A stretch of DNA of 63,865 nucleotides, counting the filler, from Octopus bimaculoides (taxonomy: Eukaryota), in assembly GCF_001194135.2 (NCBI RefSeq). It is 6 parts of 6 records of this genome, joined end to end, with 100 filler letters (N's around TTAATTAATTAA, not from the genome) between each part and the next. Parts side by side here need not be neighbours in the genome. Positions count along the whole stretch, not along the records: positions 1 to 21,507 come from NC_068982.1; 5 more parts are not named here. One strand, written 5' to 3'. The translations under genes were made by a program, and so were the position numbers. Shown here in pieces: positions 1-12,319 of the stretch (its first letter is position 1; the number at the start of each line of letters is the position of its first letter). The notes beneath the pieces are model-generated. The model saw only the letters and a list, made by a program, of their open reading frames with translations. It made no database searches and had not been told where the DNA came from.

Positions 1-347
1 TGGCACATAAGATGTACCATCCTGAGCATGACCGTTGCCAGTACCGCCTGACTGGCCTTGTAGGGTTTTCGAGCGAGATCGTTGCCAGTGCCCCTGGACT
101 GGTTCTTGTGCGGGTGGCACATAAAAGACACCATTTCGAGCGTGGCCGTTTTCGTGCGGGTGACACGTAAAAGCACCCACTACACTCTCTGAGTGGTTGG
201 CGTTAGGAAGGGCATCCAGCTGTAGAAACTCTGTCAAATTAGATTGGAGCCTGGTGTTGCCATCCGGTTTCACCAGTCCTCAGTCAAATCGTCCAACCCA
301 TGCTAGCATGGAAAGCAGACGTTAAACGATGATGATGATGATGATGA
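1..347 (-). mobile_element. SINE-like interspersed repeat with (CAT)n end, runs off the window start
   Basis: Same sequence recurs degraded at ~1690-1962 (-), 7519-7660 (+), 15310-15520 (+), 19690-19952 (-), e.g. shared gatgcccttcctaacgccaaccact and catgctagcatgg motifs next to (GAT/CAT)n. Confidence 0.75.
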
Positions 348-959
348 TATAAATACATACAATGTACATTTAAACACATAAGAGAGATGTCCATAATGGG
401 ACATCTAACCTGCTAGAAGGAGCAGTCAAACTCCAAACCACATATCAAAGCATAAGTCGCTTGATGTTTAATTTATACATACACACATGTGTGATGATAA
501 ACTTTCTTAAAACTGCTCAGAAATGTGTATTGGTAAATTTTTAAAAAGTTTGCTTATTGCTTAACTTGTGAAGGTATCATTATTAAGATATCTGACCTAA
601 TTTTGATGACCTAATCTATAAAATGTTTGACTCTTGCTATTCAGATTTTGTAATTTCATTCTCAAAGAGAAATCCATTCATATGTGTTGGAATCAATTCT
701 AGTTTGGATGTCTGTAATTCTTAGTCTAATTTTGAATCATTAGATCGAAAATCAATAAAATGCTGTGTTCAAATTGTTGTAGTGTGTCTTAGGTACAAAA
801 AACACTAATACTGAAATGTAAAAGAATGCAAAACATTCATATTGATTGCAGAAAAGAAGCATATAGGTATCATAGATAAAATGATGAAAGCAGTGAGCTG
901 GCAAAATTGTTGGCATACTGGACAAAATACTGCCAAGCTTTTGGTCCTTTCTGAATTCA

Positions 960-1330
960 AATACTGCCAAGGTCAACTTTGTCTTTCATCATTTCAGCAT
1001 CAATGAAATAAGTACCAGCTGAACACTGAAGTTGAAGTAATCGACTAGCTGCCTCCCTCAAAATTTCAGGTCTTGTGCCTATAGTAGAAAGGATTACAGG
1101 TAATACAGTGAAACACAATATTGATTTCAAATTTTGGCACAAAGCCAGCAATTTCAGGGGAGGAATTAAGTCGATTACATTGGCCCCCAGCACTCAGCTG
1201 GTATTTATTTTACCAATCCTAAAAGGATGAAAGACAAAGTTGACCTCAACAGAATTTGAACTCAGAACATAAAGACGGATGAAATACTGCTAAACATTTT
1301 GCCTGGCATGCTAATGATTCTGCCAGTGAA
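960..1330 (-). mobile_element. tRNA-derived SINE family A, degraded copy
   Basis: Shares gaatttgaactcagaac, aaaggcaaagtcgacc and cttgtgcctatagtagaaagg motifs with >15 other copies in the window (2330-2530, 3030-3235, 12430-12600, 24075-24155 etc.). Confidence 0.75.
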
Positions 1331-2329
1331 ACACAATATTAAAAGCAATCTTTACTTCTAACTTCATCAGATCTCAGTTCAAATCCCAGTGAGGTCTGTA
1401 TTTCCTTGGAGTTTGTGAAATCAATTAATCATGATTGTTGTTGTTGTTGTTGTGTAGCCATAGCTCAGTCCTGATTGAACAAACCAATGATTAGAAGTAT
1501 TCCAGCTGTGTCAGGTTGTCTTTTAAAATATATGTATAAAACGATAACATGATTGTCTTTTTATGTGTAGATTATAATTTTTCTGAAATGTTCCAGCCAG
1601 ACCAAGGGTTATGGGTAGTAGAAGAGTAGGGTGATCGACTGTGAAGAGACAGACCCTGAACACCTAGCATAAAGCTACCTCCTTCTCTGCCATAGTTCTA
1701 CTCAATTGAAGGAGATCTTAGTCTTGCAAAATACACAATAACCTCAATAATGCTAATGTCATGACAAGGGACATCCAAAACACTTTGTAAAGTGGCTGGC
1801 ATTAGGAAGAACATCTGTTTGTAGAAATCATGCCAAAGCAAACATTGAAGCATGACCTAATCTTCCAGTTCCTCAAAATCTGTCAAATCATTCAACCTAT
1901 GTTAGGATGAAAACAGACATTAAATGATGATGATGATGATAATGATAATGACGAAGATGATGAGATTCAACAGAGAACCATTATTTCTAATTCTTATCCA
2001 CTAAGGATCTTACTCTACCTGTTGGTATTGCTGTATATTTCACAGCCATGTGGTTCTGGATTCAATCCTACAGTATCCGTTTTTTCTTTGTCCCTTTTTT
2101 TTTTTGTAAGACTGTAGTTATTTTTAGCAACTAAAGGTTAGCTTGAATAAAACAACAAAAGATCCATGATATCATTAATACCTACTGTCACCTACCTTTC
2201 CAACTTCAATAACTTGTCTTTTGCTTCAGTAAAACACTAATATTGATACATGTGGTGCCCTCTGGTTATGGCTGTTAATACCAAGGCGGTAACTATTTCA
2301 ATACTAATGACAATATTTAAAACATTGGT

Positions 2330-2530
2330 TTCAAATTTTGGCACCAGGCCAGCTATTTCAGGGAGAGGTAAGTCACTTACATCAACCCCAGTGCTCAACT
2401 GGTACTTATTTTATTGACCTTGAAAGGCAAAGCTGACCTTGGTGGAATTTGAACACAGGATTTAATAATGGGGGAAAAGCAGCTAAGCATTTTGCCCAGC
2501 ATGCTAACAATTCTGCCAGCTCACCACCTT
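2330..2530 (-). mobile_element. SINE family A copy
   Basis: Same family motifs (gtcacttacatcaaccccagtgctcaactggtactt ... ttctgccagctcacc). Confidence 0.7.
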
Positions 2531-2773
2531 AGATGATATTTAAAATATTGATATTTAAATCCTACTGACATCTTCATGTCTTTGGATATATTTCATAATA
2601 TTCTTGCTTCCTAATATTCTACTTATTATTTCTATTTTTCTACTTTAAGAGTCAATTACATCCACTCATTGTTAATACAAATTGACCTATAAAATATTTT
2701 GACATTCTTCTTGTGGTACTTTAATCTAGTTTTCCTGTTTCTGGCATTAAACAGTTAAATAACTCTATAAACG

Positions 2774-2894
2774 TTAATGACTTTGCAAAATAGAAAAGCT
2801 CCATGCTTTCAGTAAGAAGGCGAGACAAAAGGGAGAAATTGTGACGTTCATGTCCTTTTCAATGACATTGTAAAAAGCATGAACATCGCAAAAT
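2774..2894 (-). CDS. Candidate terminal exon of an unidentified gene (weak)
   Basis: Acceptor tttgtttag|A then open frame FCDVHAFYNVIEKDMNVTISPFCLAFLLKAWSFSILQSH*; phase-compatible with the 27-nt candidate at 5123-5149. No recognisable domain. Confidence 0.18.
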
Positions 2895-3029
2895 CTAAAC
2901 AAAGTTAATTTGTTCAATCATTAATCAAATAAAAAGCAATCTTGTAAGAAGCCAATGAAAATATATCTATGTAGCTGTTTGTCTTAGCTAAAAATAACAG
3001 CTAGGTTTTCACATCACACTATATTGGTT

Positions 3030-3235
3030 TCAAATTTTGGCACGTGGCCAAAATTTTGGGGAAAGGAGTAAGTCGATTACACCTATCCCAGTGTTCAGCT
3101 GGCACTTATTTTATTGACCCTGAAAGGAAGAAAGGCAAAGTCAACCTAGGTGGAATTTGAACTCAAAACATAAAGACAGATGAAATGCTGCTAAGCATTT
3201 TACTCAGCATGCTAATGATTCTGCCAGTTCACCAT
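3030..3235 (-). mobile_element. SINE family A copy
   Basis: Same family motifs. Confidence 0.7.
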
Positions 3236-4145
3236 CTTGACATCACACTACATTGTTGTAAAGAGAAAAGAACAGATACAGTGAATGAATTAACTCTACA
3301 TACTCTACTTTTTAACTTTTATGTCTTTACTTGTTTCACTTATAGGACTGCAGCCATGCTGGGGCCCAACCTTGAAGGGTTTAGTCAAACAAGTCAATCC
3401 AATATTTACATTATTTACATTATTTACATTCGATGGATATTTGTNNNNNNNNNNNNNNNNNNNNNNNNNNNNNNNNNNNNNNNNNNNNNNNNNNNNNNNN
3501 NNNNNNNNNNNNNNNNNNNNNNNNNNNNNNNNNNNNNNNNNNNNNNNNNNNNNNNNNNNNNNNNNNNNNNNNNNNNNNNNNNNNNNNNNNNNNNNNNNNN
3601 NNNNNNNNNNNNNNNNNNNNNNNNNNNNNNNNNNNNNNNNNNNNNNNNNNNNNNNNNNNNNNNNNNNNNNNNNNNNNNNNNNNNNNNNNNNNNNNNNNNN
3701 NNNNNNNNNNNNNNNNNNNNNNNNNNNNNNNNNNNNNNNNNNNNNNNNNNNNNNNNNNNNNNNNNNNNNNNNNNNNNNNNNNNNNNNNNNNNNNNNNNNN
3801 NNNNNNNNNNNNNNNNNNNNNNNNNNNNNNNNNNNNNNNNNNNNNNNNNNNNNNNNNNNNNNNNNNNNNNNNNNNNNNNNNNNNNNNNNNNNNNNNNNNN
3901 NNNNNNNNNNNNNNNNNNNNNNNNNNNNNNNNNNNNNNNNNNNNNNNNNNNNNNNNNNNNNNNNNNNNNNNNNNNNNNNNNNNNNNNNNNNNNNNNNNNN
4001 NNNNNNNNNNNNNNNNNNNNNNNNNNNNNNNNNNNNNNNNNNNNNNNNNNNNNNNNNNNNNNNNNNNNNNNNNNNNNNNNNNNNNNNNNNNNNNNNNNNA
4101 AATATTAGATCTATAAGCCCTAAAATTCACTCCATAATTGCCCAT

Positions 4146-4425
4146 GGGCATATGGTGTAGTGGTTAAGAGCGTAGGCTACTAACCCCAAGATTCTGAGTT
4201 TGATTCCAAGCAGTGACCTGAACAATAACAATAATAATAATAATAATAATATCAAAAAATACCTTAGGAATGAGAACCCAGGTTCGAAATTTCCCCAAGA
4301 CACCTGAAGAAGGCTGGAGGGTATATCAGCCAAAACGTTGTGTTAACAACAAACAAGATGAGGACAAATATCCGTCAAATGTAAATAATGTAAATACTGT
4401 ACATAATTCCTCATCTCTTAAATAT
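4146..4425 (+). mobile_element. tRNA-headed SINE with internal (AAT)n and hammerhead-like 3' part
   Basis: A-box TGGTGTAGTGG (4153-4163), degenerate B-box GAGTTTGATTCC, (AAT)n linker, then a CTGAAGA...AAAAC motif; the 3' end is mirrored in inverted form at 3402-3444. Confidence 0.7.
4299..4344 (+). ncRNA. Type I minimal hammerhead ribozyme-like motif (G12>A)
   Basis: GACAC-CTGAAGA-A-GGCTG(gagggtatat)CAGCC-AAAAC-GT-T-GTGTT: stems I and II pair; GAAAC reads AAAAC, as expected from CpG decay. Confidence 0.55.
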
Positions 4426-4619
4426 AGAAGTGAAGTCAATCCAAGTGCTTATCTTTAAGTCTGGTACATATTCTATATCGTTCTCTTTTGCTGAAGTGCT
4501 ATTAAACATACTGACACCAGTTATCAAGCAGTGGTGAAGAACTAACACAAACACACACACTAATAATGGTGACATTATTTTTATACATGTATAATGTATA
4601 TACATACATACACACACTC

Positions 4620-4830
4620 AGCGGTGAGCTGGTAGAAACGTTAGTATGCTGGGCAAAATGCTTAATGCTATTTCATCTTGTCTTTACATTCTGAGTTCAA
4701 ATTCCACCAAGGTTGACTTTGCCTTTCATCCTTTCGGGGTCGATAAATTAAGTACCAGTTGCATACTGGGATCTATCTAATCGACTGGCCCCCTCCCCAA
4801 AAATTTCAGGTCTTGTGCCTAGAGTAGAAC
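4620..4830 (+). mobile_element. SINE family A copy
   Basis: gcggtgagctggtagaaacgttag ... ggtcttgtgcctagagtagaa. Confidence 0.8.
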
Positions 4831-4834
4831 AGTT

Positions 4835-4985
4835 TCTGCTGATCAAATTCACTCAGAAGGCATTGATTAGCCAAGGCTATAATAGTAGAACAGGCTTGCC
4901 CAAGGATCAGAGAGTGGGAACTGAACCCAAAACCACATGGTTGTGAGGCAAGCTTCTTAACCATACAGCCATGCCTACACCTATA
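4835..4985 (-). mobile_element. tRNA-derived SINE family B
   Basis: Head ggctgtgtggtaagaagtttgcttcccaaccacatggtt; other copies at ~7845-8000, 15700-15860, 20447-20590, 40890-41030, 45375-45535. Confidence 0.7.
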
Positions 4986-5122
4986 AGCCTGTCTAAAAGA
5001 AAAGAAATAGAAATGGTTGAAGCTGGAACATCAGTTATAATTTTGCTTGATTAAAGTTTACCTTGTAAAACATCAACCAACCAAGCATCCAACCCACCAA
5101 CCAGCTGCACTTAAATACTCAC

Positions 5123-5149
5123 TTGGCTAGTTTATAATCATTCATTCCT
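5123..5149 (-). CDS. Candidate 27-nt exon (weak)
   Basis: acgtatag|AGGAATGAATGATTATAAACTAGCCAA|gtgagt; only one frame open (GMNDYKLA). Confidence 0.15.
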
Positions 5150-5730
5150 CTATACGTTATATAAAAGACTACATGAACATACCCACATCAATACAAAATG
5201 TTATTTATGAATGTTTGAAAACCGAAAGTACATAGTACTTATCCCTTTTGATACCAACTCTCTCCCCTCTACCCAAACTGTTGCTGGTTCTATAATACAA
5301 GCTTCCTGTTTTAAAGTATTCAACATTAAAATCTGCTATCAAAATTTCATGTTTATTTATGTTCCAAACATTAGCTTTATAAGGACAAATTTATTTCACT
5401 AAATTCTTCATTCTTTTCAAAATTGATTGAAACATAAGGTGGTGTATTTCAACAGAAATATGGTTAACAAAAGATACAACATACAAGGTACTTAGTATCA
5501 TTAAATAGAAATGGGCAGTCTATATTCCGATGAAGGCAAACAACAAGTTAGCTGTGATGTGACAAATACCTGAAAGAATAAAGCAGTGATGTACAAGTGT
5601 GTAGGATGTTGTTACTTAGCAACTGAATACTCTGAGAGTATTAAGAAATGTGCCAGAGAAAAATAATTGGATGTGTGTTTCTTGATGTTTATGCTTGTAT
5701 GTGTGTGCCTGCATGTGTGTGTGTATGTGT

Positions 5731-5766
<36 letters not shown>

Positions 5767-5836
5767 GGTGGTTATTATATTAAAAATTTACAGTCTACTC
5801 NNNNNNNNNNNNNNNNNNNNNNNNNNNNNNNNNNNN

Positions 5837-5909
<73 letters not shown>

Positions 5910-6099
5910 ATATATATGTGTGTGTGTGTCTGTATCCCAAATCGTCTGTGTATATATATATGTTTACTGAAAAATTTTGGTCTACTCTGGTTTCACCTGA
6001 TAGCTATGTCTGTGTGTGTGTGTGGGTGTGTGTTTGTACACATAAATATATTCTGTTTATTTGTTGAATCAGAAGAAGGCTCTCTTAGACCAGTGAGAT

Positions 6100-7250
6100 G
6101 AATAATTAATTAATAATTCTCATGTATCTTTGTAATTCAGTGCCAGCTGGAAGTGCATGAACAAGGAGCAATGTCCTAAAAAGCCAGCATTCAAGGAAAG
6201 AATGATGGGGTGTAGTGAACAGTGTGAAGCCTGGGCTTTGAATACAACAGATGTGATGGATAAGGTGAGAAACAGAAGGGACAGGAATGCTTGAGTAGCA
6301 GTGACTTGACTCTGCTATTTCCAAGTAGTACATACCAATACAATAGCAGTAGAAAAGGTAGAGAGAAGAGACAGCTTACTTATAGGCCAAAGGATGGAAT
6401 GTATCTGTGAGTGACTTCTTGGCACTCAATTAAGTTGCTCTTTTTTTGATACAGACTAAGATGTTTGTTTGAGCATTAGCAACAGCACCACCCCTGATGT
6501 GAAGGCAAGTCATGATTGTGGGCCACATCTAACAATAATTGTTATGAGATGATGCATTTTCTTGCTCTAAAGAGAAGTTCTTCAAGTCATTGGGATGTAA
6601 GCCAGGCTACTTTAAGAATGTACTTTTGCCAGGAGAAATCATCAGTAGTGATGAAAACTAATATATGTTGCTATCTTGAGGGCTCTAACTGAGTAAAATA
6701 GTGACGATCCAATGACTAAGTGTAGCTTCAAGGTATGAAAAAGTGAACAGAATTGTATGGTAGTAGAACAGGAAGGATTGTTGGGTTGAAAGAACGTATG
6801 GGGAGAGTAAGGAATGATTTAAGAAGTAGTTGAGATGATCAAATGAATATAAGGAATGAAGAACAAGGGTTGAGAAGTGGGTGAGGATAAATATGAATAA
6901 GAGGAAGGATGGGAAAAAGTGGATGATAACTCTGGAGATTAGGTAGGATTGATGGATGGTTGTGGTGATTGGAGGAGTAGGTGAGGGAGAGTAGGTGATG
7001 ACTGGCAGTAGAGAAAGTGGTAAATAGAACATCAAAATAATAGCAGTCATACAGTAGACAGGAGAAGGATGAGAGAAAGGAAGATGATGTGAATGGGTAG
7101 ATTGCAAGAGTGTTAGTGGAGAGACATAGTGTATAGAAAGAGTGAGATATGTGTGTGGTAGAGAGTGAGAGATAATTTAGAAGCACAGAAAGATAATCAA
7201 TGTAAAATGTGAGTGGAGAGGGACAATACTAAGAATGATTGATGAAGGCC
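6100..7250 (-). mobile_element. CR1/L2-type LINE fragment (ORF2 C-terminus), heavily degraded
   Basis: Minus-strand translation ...HIRGGAVANAQTNILVCIKKRAT*L...LTDTFHPLAYK*AVSSLYLFY... resembles the CR1 CSHIWGGA...IQKRA..LI...LQPL..RR.VASLSLFY motif; AATT-type tail near 6100; the upstream part is less certain. Confidence 0.55.
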
Positions 7251-7393
7251 AAATGAAAAGGATTCAGGTAGTGAGAAAGATTATGGGTATCACAGAAAAA
7301 GATGATGAAATGTGCAGTTCTGCTCTTGTTTACTTACAGCAGCAGAATACTGCAGTTAGGCAAGCAATGGAATAAGCACACAGCCATGCCTGC

Positions 7394-7450
<57 letters not shown>

Positions 7451-7675
7451 CCTGTCTGCCTGCCTGCCTGCCTGCCTGTCTGTCTGTCTGTTTGTCTGTT
7501 TGTCTCTCTGTATATATATCATCATCATCATTTAATGTCCATGCTGGCATGGGTTGGATGGATGATTTGATCAGGGCTGGCAAGCTGGAAGGCTGCACTA
7601 GACTTCAGTCTGATTTGGCATGGTTTCTATGGTCGGATGCCTTTCCTAATGCCAACCACTCCGTTTGTATATATG

Positions 7676-7713
<38 letters not shown>

Positions 7714-7796
7714 NNNNNNNNNNNNNNNNNNNNNNNNNNNNNNNNNNNNNNNNNNNNNNNNNNNNNNNNNNNNNNNNNNNNNNNNNNNNNNNNNNN

Positions 7797-7845
<49 letters not shown>

Positions 7846-8137
7846 ACGTGTTTCTTTCAGTTTCTGTCTACCAAATACACTCATAAGACTTTGGTCAGCC
7901 TGAGGCTATAGTAGAAGACACTTGCCCAAGGTGCAACACAGTGGGAGTGAACCCAGAACCATGTAGTTGAGAAGCAAGCTTCTTACCACACAGCCATGCT
8001 GTTCTTTTAAAATTTAGGCATTTGCATATATTGTCATTTAACCCCAGATTTACTTGACTGACCGGGATTATGATCAAAAGTATTTCAGCCATGACCATTC
8101 TGTCTTTTTTTAATGATATCTAGAACTATATTGTCTT

Positions 8138-9031
8138 CAGGGTGTTTGGAATAAATTTGATGACGGTTTATGTCTCTTTTTTTTTTATGTACAGCTTGAT
8201 ATATTGGTGAACAGTCAGCAGCATTGAAGAGCATAAAGATTAAAGCTGTAGTTGAGAAAAAGTAAGCTGACATGGATGACTGGAAGCCATCTGAATATTG
8301 GAAAAAGAGTTACCTGTATCATGATGTTTCATGTCGGGCATCAAAATGCCGACATCATGATTGCTGCTCCAATGTTCTGTGAACATTGTAAAGAAAGTAA
8401 GATGTGACATGGACATGTCTCATGTATCATAAAAACCAAGTGTGTAATGGTTTTTGGGTGAGTCTCCAGTGATGTGATGTCATGCCATCCAACATCATTG
8501 AAACAGAGCCTTAGGCTCAATTCAGCTGGCTCTATGAAGTTGCTGGAGACTGTGATCAATGCCTGGCTGGAGAGAGTTACTGCTGGAAGGCTATATTTGT
8601 GGCAGCAGGATTTGGCTCCTTGCCATACTGCTGTAAACAGTGAGAAGTGGTTGTTGAAGAATTTCTATGATTTCACCAATCCCAATTTCTGGTTACATAA
8701 TTCTACTGATTGTAGTCACATGTATTACTATGTGCGGGGTGTAGTTGAAAAAGATGCTAACTGCTTTGCCTGCAACATCAAAGTTGAGCTGATGACCAAG
8801 ACCAAGGAGGTATTCAAAGGTCTTCCCAGGGAAACAATGAGGAATGCACCAGGTACCAGAGCTGTCTTGGAACTGTGGGGGAAGCTGAGGGTGGCTACTT
8901 TGAGCAAACTGTTATCTCCCTAACATAATCTAGTTGATATTTTTTGATGTTTTAAAATACTTTTATTTTTGGATGAAGTTGTATTTTCATTACCTTTTAT
9001 GAAAACTGTCAAATTTAATTTGAACACTCTG
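8138..9031 (+). mobile_element. Internally deleted Tc1/mariner transposon, DD37D (maT)-like
   Basis: Degenerate TIRs CAGGGTGTTTGGAATAAATTTGA / TCAAATTTAATTTGAACACTCTG followed by TA; translation VMVFG..SSD, WQQDLAPCHT...FWLHNSTDCSHMYYYV with 37 residues from D to the third-D position (now Y). Confidence 0.85.
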
Positions 9032-9114
9032 TAAAATATCCTTTAAAATGGTAAAGTGTGATCTGAGAAAGATTTAGCTATTTCACTCCATAGAAATTCC
9101 TTTTGTTGTTACAG

Positions 9115-9166
9115 CTAATGTTTTACAACCAGTTCTCCTTCTGCATGATATCCCCTTCGTCAATGA
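9115..9166 (+). CDS. Candidate 52-nt exon (weak)
   Basis: ttccttttgttgttacag|CTAATG...CAATGA|gtatga; open as (A)NVLQPVLLLHDIPFVN or LMFYNQFSFCMISPSSM. No homolog recognised. Confidence 0.2.
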
Positions 9167-10213
9167 GTATGAGTGATGCATGTTGTCAATAAGTCTTTGT
9201 ATCTTTGTGCCTTAATTTCACATGCAATTTATATTTTATAATGATACACACAAATACATATACAGTCTTACTGTTTTACTCTGAGATTTCATTTTCAGCC
9301 AGTGTTTATCATAGGAGTTATATTGCTTGATATTATTTGTTCATCTTTATGCTGTTAGCTTCAAATTCAAAGAGATACAAACAATTTGATACTTATTCAT
9401 TTCCATGCTTTTAGCATCATACTCTTGGGACAATATTTATATCTAATTTAAATTGCCAATCCATACATAAAACAACTAGAGATATCAGTAACTCCATTAA
9501 TATCACTGCATAAACATTACAATAACAACATCAGATAACATCATGAAACACCACTACCTCTCTCAACATACTCATTCATTATATATTATCAAAAATCAGC
9601 TATCAAAAGTGTATCAAAATGTTAACCTTAAATTATTTTGGATGTTGTTAATTCTGTCTAAAATGTGTTTGCTAATAATTCTATATTACTTTTAGTGGAG
9701 TCCAATTAGTTGAGTTGTGGTGTTATTTAAGAAATTGGTTTATAGTCTTTGATAGTGAAATATGGTTTCTGAGGGCATGAGTTTGTAACCTGTCTTTGAT
9801 GTTTAGAGTGGAAGCTATGTTTATCTTAATAAAATATGTGTTATACTATTTTTTTCTTTTGCAATTATTAGAAATATTATTGGCTAGTAGGTTGTTATAT
9901 GAGTTATACTTCATTTATGCATGTTTTGGATTAAGCATATTAAAAAGTTTACAGTGTTTTTTTTTGCCCCACAATTTATGAACTGGACTATTAAGTCATA
10001 CACCTAAACAATTTATTAAATCAGTTGTTTTATACGAATATCTGAATAATGAATCTCACTCATTGACCTGAACATAATGATTTATATACCCGCAAACCTC
10101 TTTTTTCTCCATTAATAATAATTAATGTTTATTTTAAAATAAAACAATAGAAGTTTAAATGGCAATTATTAATGATCCACAACTTCTTAAGTACTTGTAC
10201 TCTTTTTAAAGCC

Positions 10214-10256
10214 ATTATCTGATGAACCAGTGTCTGGTGAAATTCTGAGTCATAAT
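10214..10256 (+). ncRNA. Type I minimal hammerhead ribozyme motif
   Basis: ATTAT-CTGATGA-ACCAG(tgt)CTGGT-GAAA-TTCTGAG-TC-ATAAT: intact core, 5-bp stem I, 5-bp stem II, GUC site, short near-palindromic stem III. Confidence 0.65.
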
Positions 10257-10562
10257 ATGACACTGTAATCTTCAGCTTGTAAGAAACACTTGTCCTTCCA
10301 TCTTGCATCCTTGACCCCCACCTTATCTACCTATTGCTCCCTGCCTCTTCCCACTCTTATTGCCCATCTCTCTACTGTTCACATACCTCCGTCTCTCATC
10401 TTTCTACCACATGTGCAGACAACATCATCCTTCACCCTTCACTAGACTTATCTATAAAAGACATCAGACCATCCTCATCCCTCCATCACACTCTCTCATC
10501 CCTAGAATCAAACTATCTGTATATAACATACTCTAACGTTGCTCTTTCTGTATTGCCAGCCA

Positions 10563-10618
<56 letters not shown>

Positions 10619-10914
10619 GAGCAACTTTCTCTTTCATTTTCTTTTCATCTACTCTTAACTTTGTTCACCCATGCTTTTTCCAATCACTTTGTCCTCCTGA
10701 TTCCACTCTAATAACCCTACCTTTTCTAGACTCTTAAAAACTTGTAGCCTTATGGCTTTTTTGATGATTTTTCCACAGTCTGACCATTGACTTGAAAACT
10801 TTCTAACAGTCCTTAGCAAAGAGATTCTTCTGTAGTTCAGAAGTGTAGAAGACCAGCACGTTGAGCTAAGGTATTAAGTATTTCACTGTCATTACCATCA
10901 ACAATTGAGTTGGA

Positions 10915-11038
10915 GATAGTCCACAAGTTGTCATACTTTGGCCCCATCATTATAGACAGTCCACAAGTTGTCATACTTTGGCTCCATCATTATAGACAGT
11001 CCACAAGTTGTCATACTTTGGCTCCATCATTATAGACA
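10915..11038 (+). repeat. 40-bp minisatellite, 3 copies
   Basis: CCACAAGTTGTCATACTTTGGCYCCATCATTATAGACAGT starting at 10921, 10961, 11001. Confidence 0.95.
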
Positions 11039-11059
11039 ACCTCTCCATGTATTCCAAGA

Positions 11060-11397
11060 TCAGGGAGCACTCTGTCGATTATGACGTTGAGGGTCCCAGC
11101 TGATACGATCAACAAAACGGCTTGCTCATGAAATCAACACGCATGTGACTGAGCACTCTACAGACATGTGTACCCTTAACGTAGTTCCCAAGGAGATTCA
11201 GCATGACACAGAGTGTGACAAGGCTGGCCCTTTGAAATACAGGTGCTACTCATTTTTGCCAGCTGAGTGGACTGGAGCAACATGAAATAAAGTGTCTAGC
11301 TGAAGGACACAGCACATTGCTGGGAATTGAACTCGTGACCTTACAATCATGAGCTGAATGCCCTAACCACTAAGCCATGTGCCTTCATTTTTTTTTT
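11060..11397 (-). mobile_element. tRNA-derived SINE family C with 10-bp TSD
   Basis: Head gaaggcacatggcttagtggttagggc...gagttcaattcc; TSD TATTCCAAGA at 11050-11059 and 11398-11407; other copies 24813-25140, 39290-39602. Confidence 0.85.
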
Positions 11398-12022
11398 TAT
11401 TCCAAGAGCAACAGACAGATTGAAAGTGTAGTGCATGAAAGAACAACAAGCTGTTGGCACATGTCAAGAATGTTGTCTCCAGGGCCTACATTCTCATCAC
11501 ATTGATTTTCAGCATTGAGATCTAAGCCATATTCTAGACAAAAGTGGCAGCTCAGTGTCTTGCAGCTTCACAATTTAAGACACATCTGAGACATCAAGTG
11601 GACCAGCATTGAAGTCCTGGCTCCACTCCAGTAATAGTAAACCCACTGGCTAAGCAATGTACACCCTATATTGAATAAAAAGATTTTTGTAAGGGCACAA
11701 GGGTAAGCCATCTTCATTTCAAAGATGTCTAAAAGAGAGAGAAGTCACTGAATATAAATTTCAAGGGAGGACATGATAAGCAAATGCACTCACTGGAAGT
11801 TGAAATTAGTAGGATTCTAAAATAAAAAGAGAGGCTGTGACTTGCTGCTAAAAAAAAAAAATAAAAAGTGCACTTGTAGAAAAAATAATAACCAATATCC
11901 AATAACAGAAGACTATCTTCAGGTTAAGTGCTGCAAGTATTGTTGCTCTATAACCATAACAGTATCTTCTCAGTCAATACAATTGAAGCATGATTTTCCA
12001 GGTGCAGCTCTATAGTCTAGCA

Positions 12023-12319
12023 CAGGGGTTTTCAAACGTTTTGACTTGCGGACCCCTTTATATTTCAGGCTTTACTTTAGGGACCCCCTTATAAACGCTT
12101 ATGAAATTTATACATAAATATTTGCTTAAAATAACATATATTTTTACATTTATTTATTTAACAGTATTTAACAAATAGGTTTATTGTCAATTAAAAGATT
12201 TCGATTAAAAAACATATATAAAATCAAATTGCCCATAAAAAGTATTTGTTGTCCACGGACCCCCTGTCTTGTCCGTGCGGACCCCCTGTAGTCCGCGGAC
12301 CACAGTTTGAAAACCCCTT
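12023..12319. mobile_element. hAT (Charlie-type) MITE
   Basis: TIRs CAGGGGTTTTCAAAC / GTTTGAAAACCCCTT; 8-bp TSD GTCTAGCA at 12015-12022 and 12320-12327, matching the NTCTAGNN preference of Charlie elements. Confidence 0.9.

Larger units (their letters stand above)
10760..11800 (+). mobile_element. RTE-clade LINE RT fragment, degraded, interrupted by a SINE
   Basis: Translations ELEIVHKLSYFGPIIIDNLSM (cf. LEVVDKFTYLGSTITDNLS) and ILITLIFSIEI*A...LHNLRHI*DIKW (cf. ILSTLLYGSETW...LRRILGIKW). Confidence 0.55.

Noticed and set aside
4146-4215. tRNA-like heads here and in SINE families A, B and C
   Set aside because: A/B boxes only, no complete cloverleaf; they are SINE promoters, not tRNA genes.
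6141-6263. Exon-like segment on + (ASWKCMNKEQCPKK...DVMDK|gtgaga)
   Set aside because: It is the antisense strand of the CR1-type LINE ORF2 end.
10915-11038. CRISPR-like appearance of the 40-bp repeat
   Set aside because: Head-to-tail units without unique spacers, in a eukaryotic LINE fossil.
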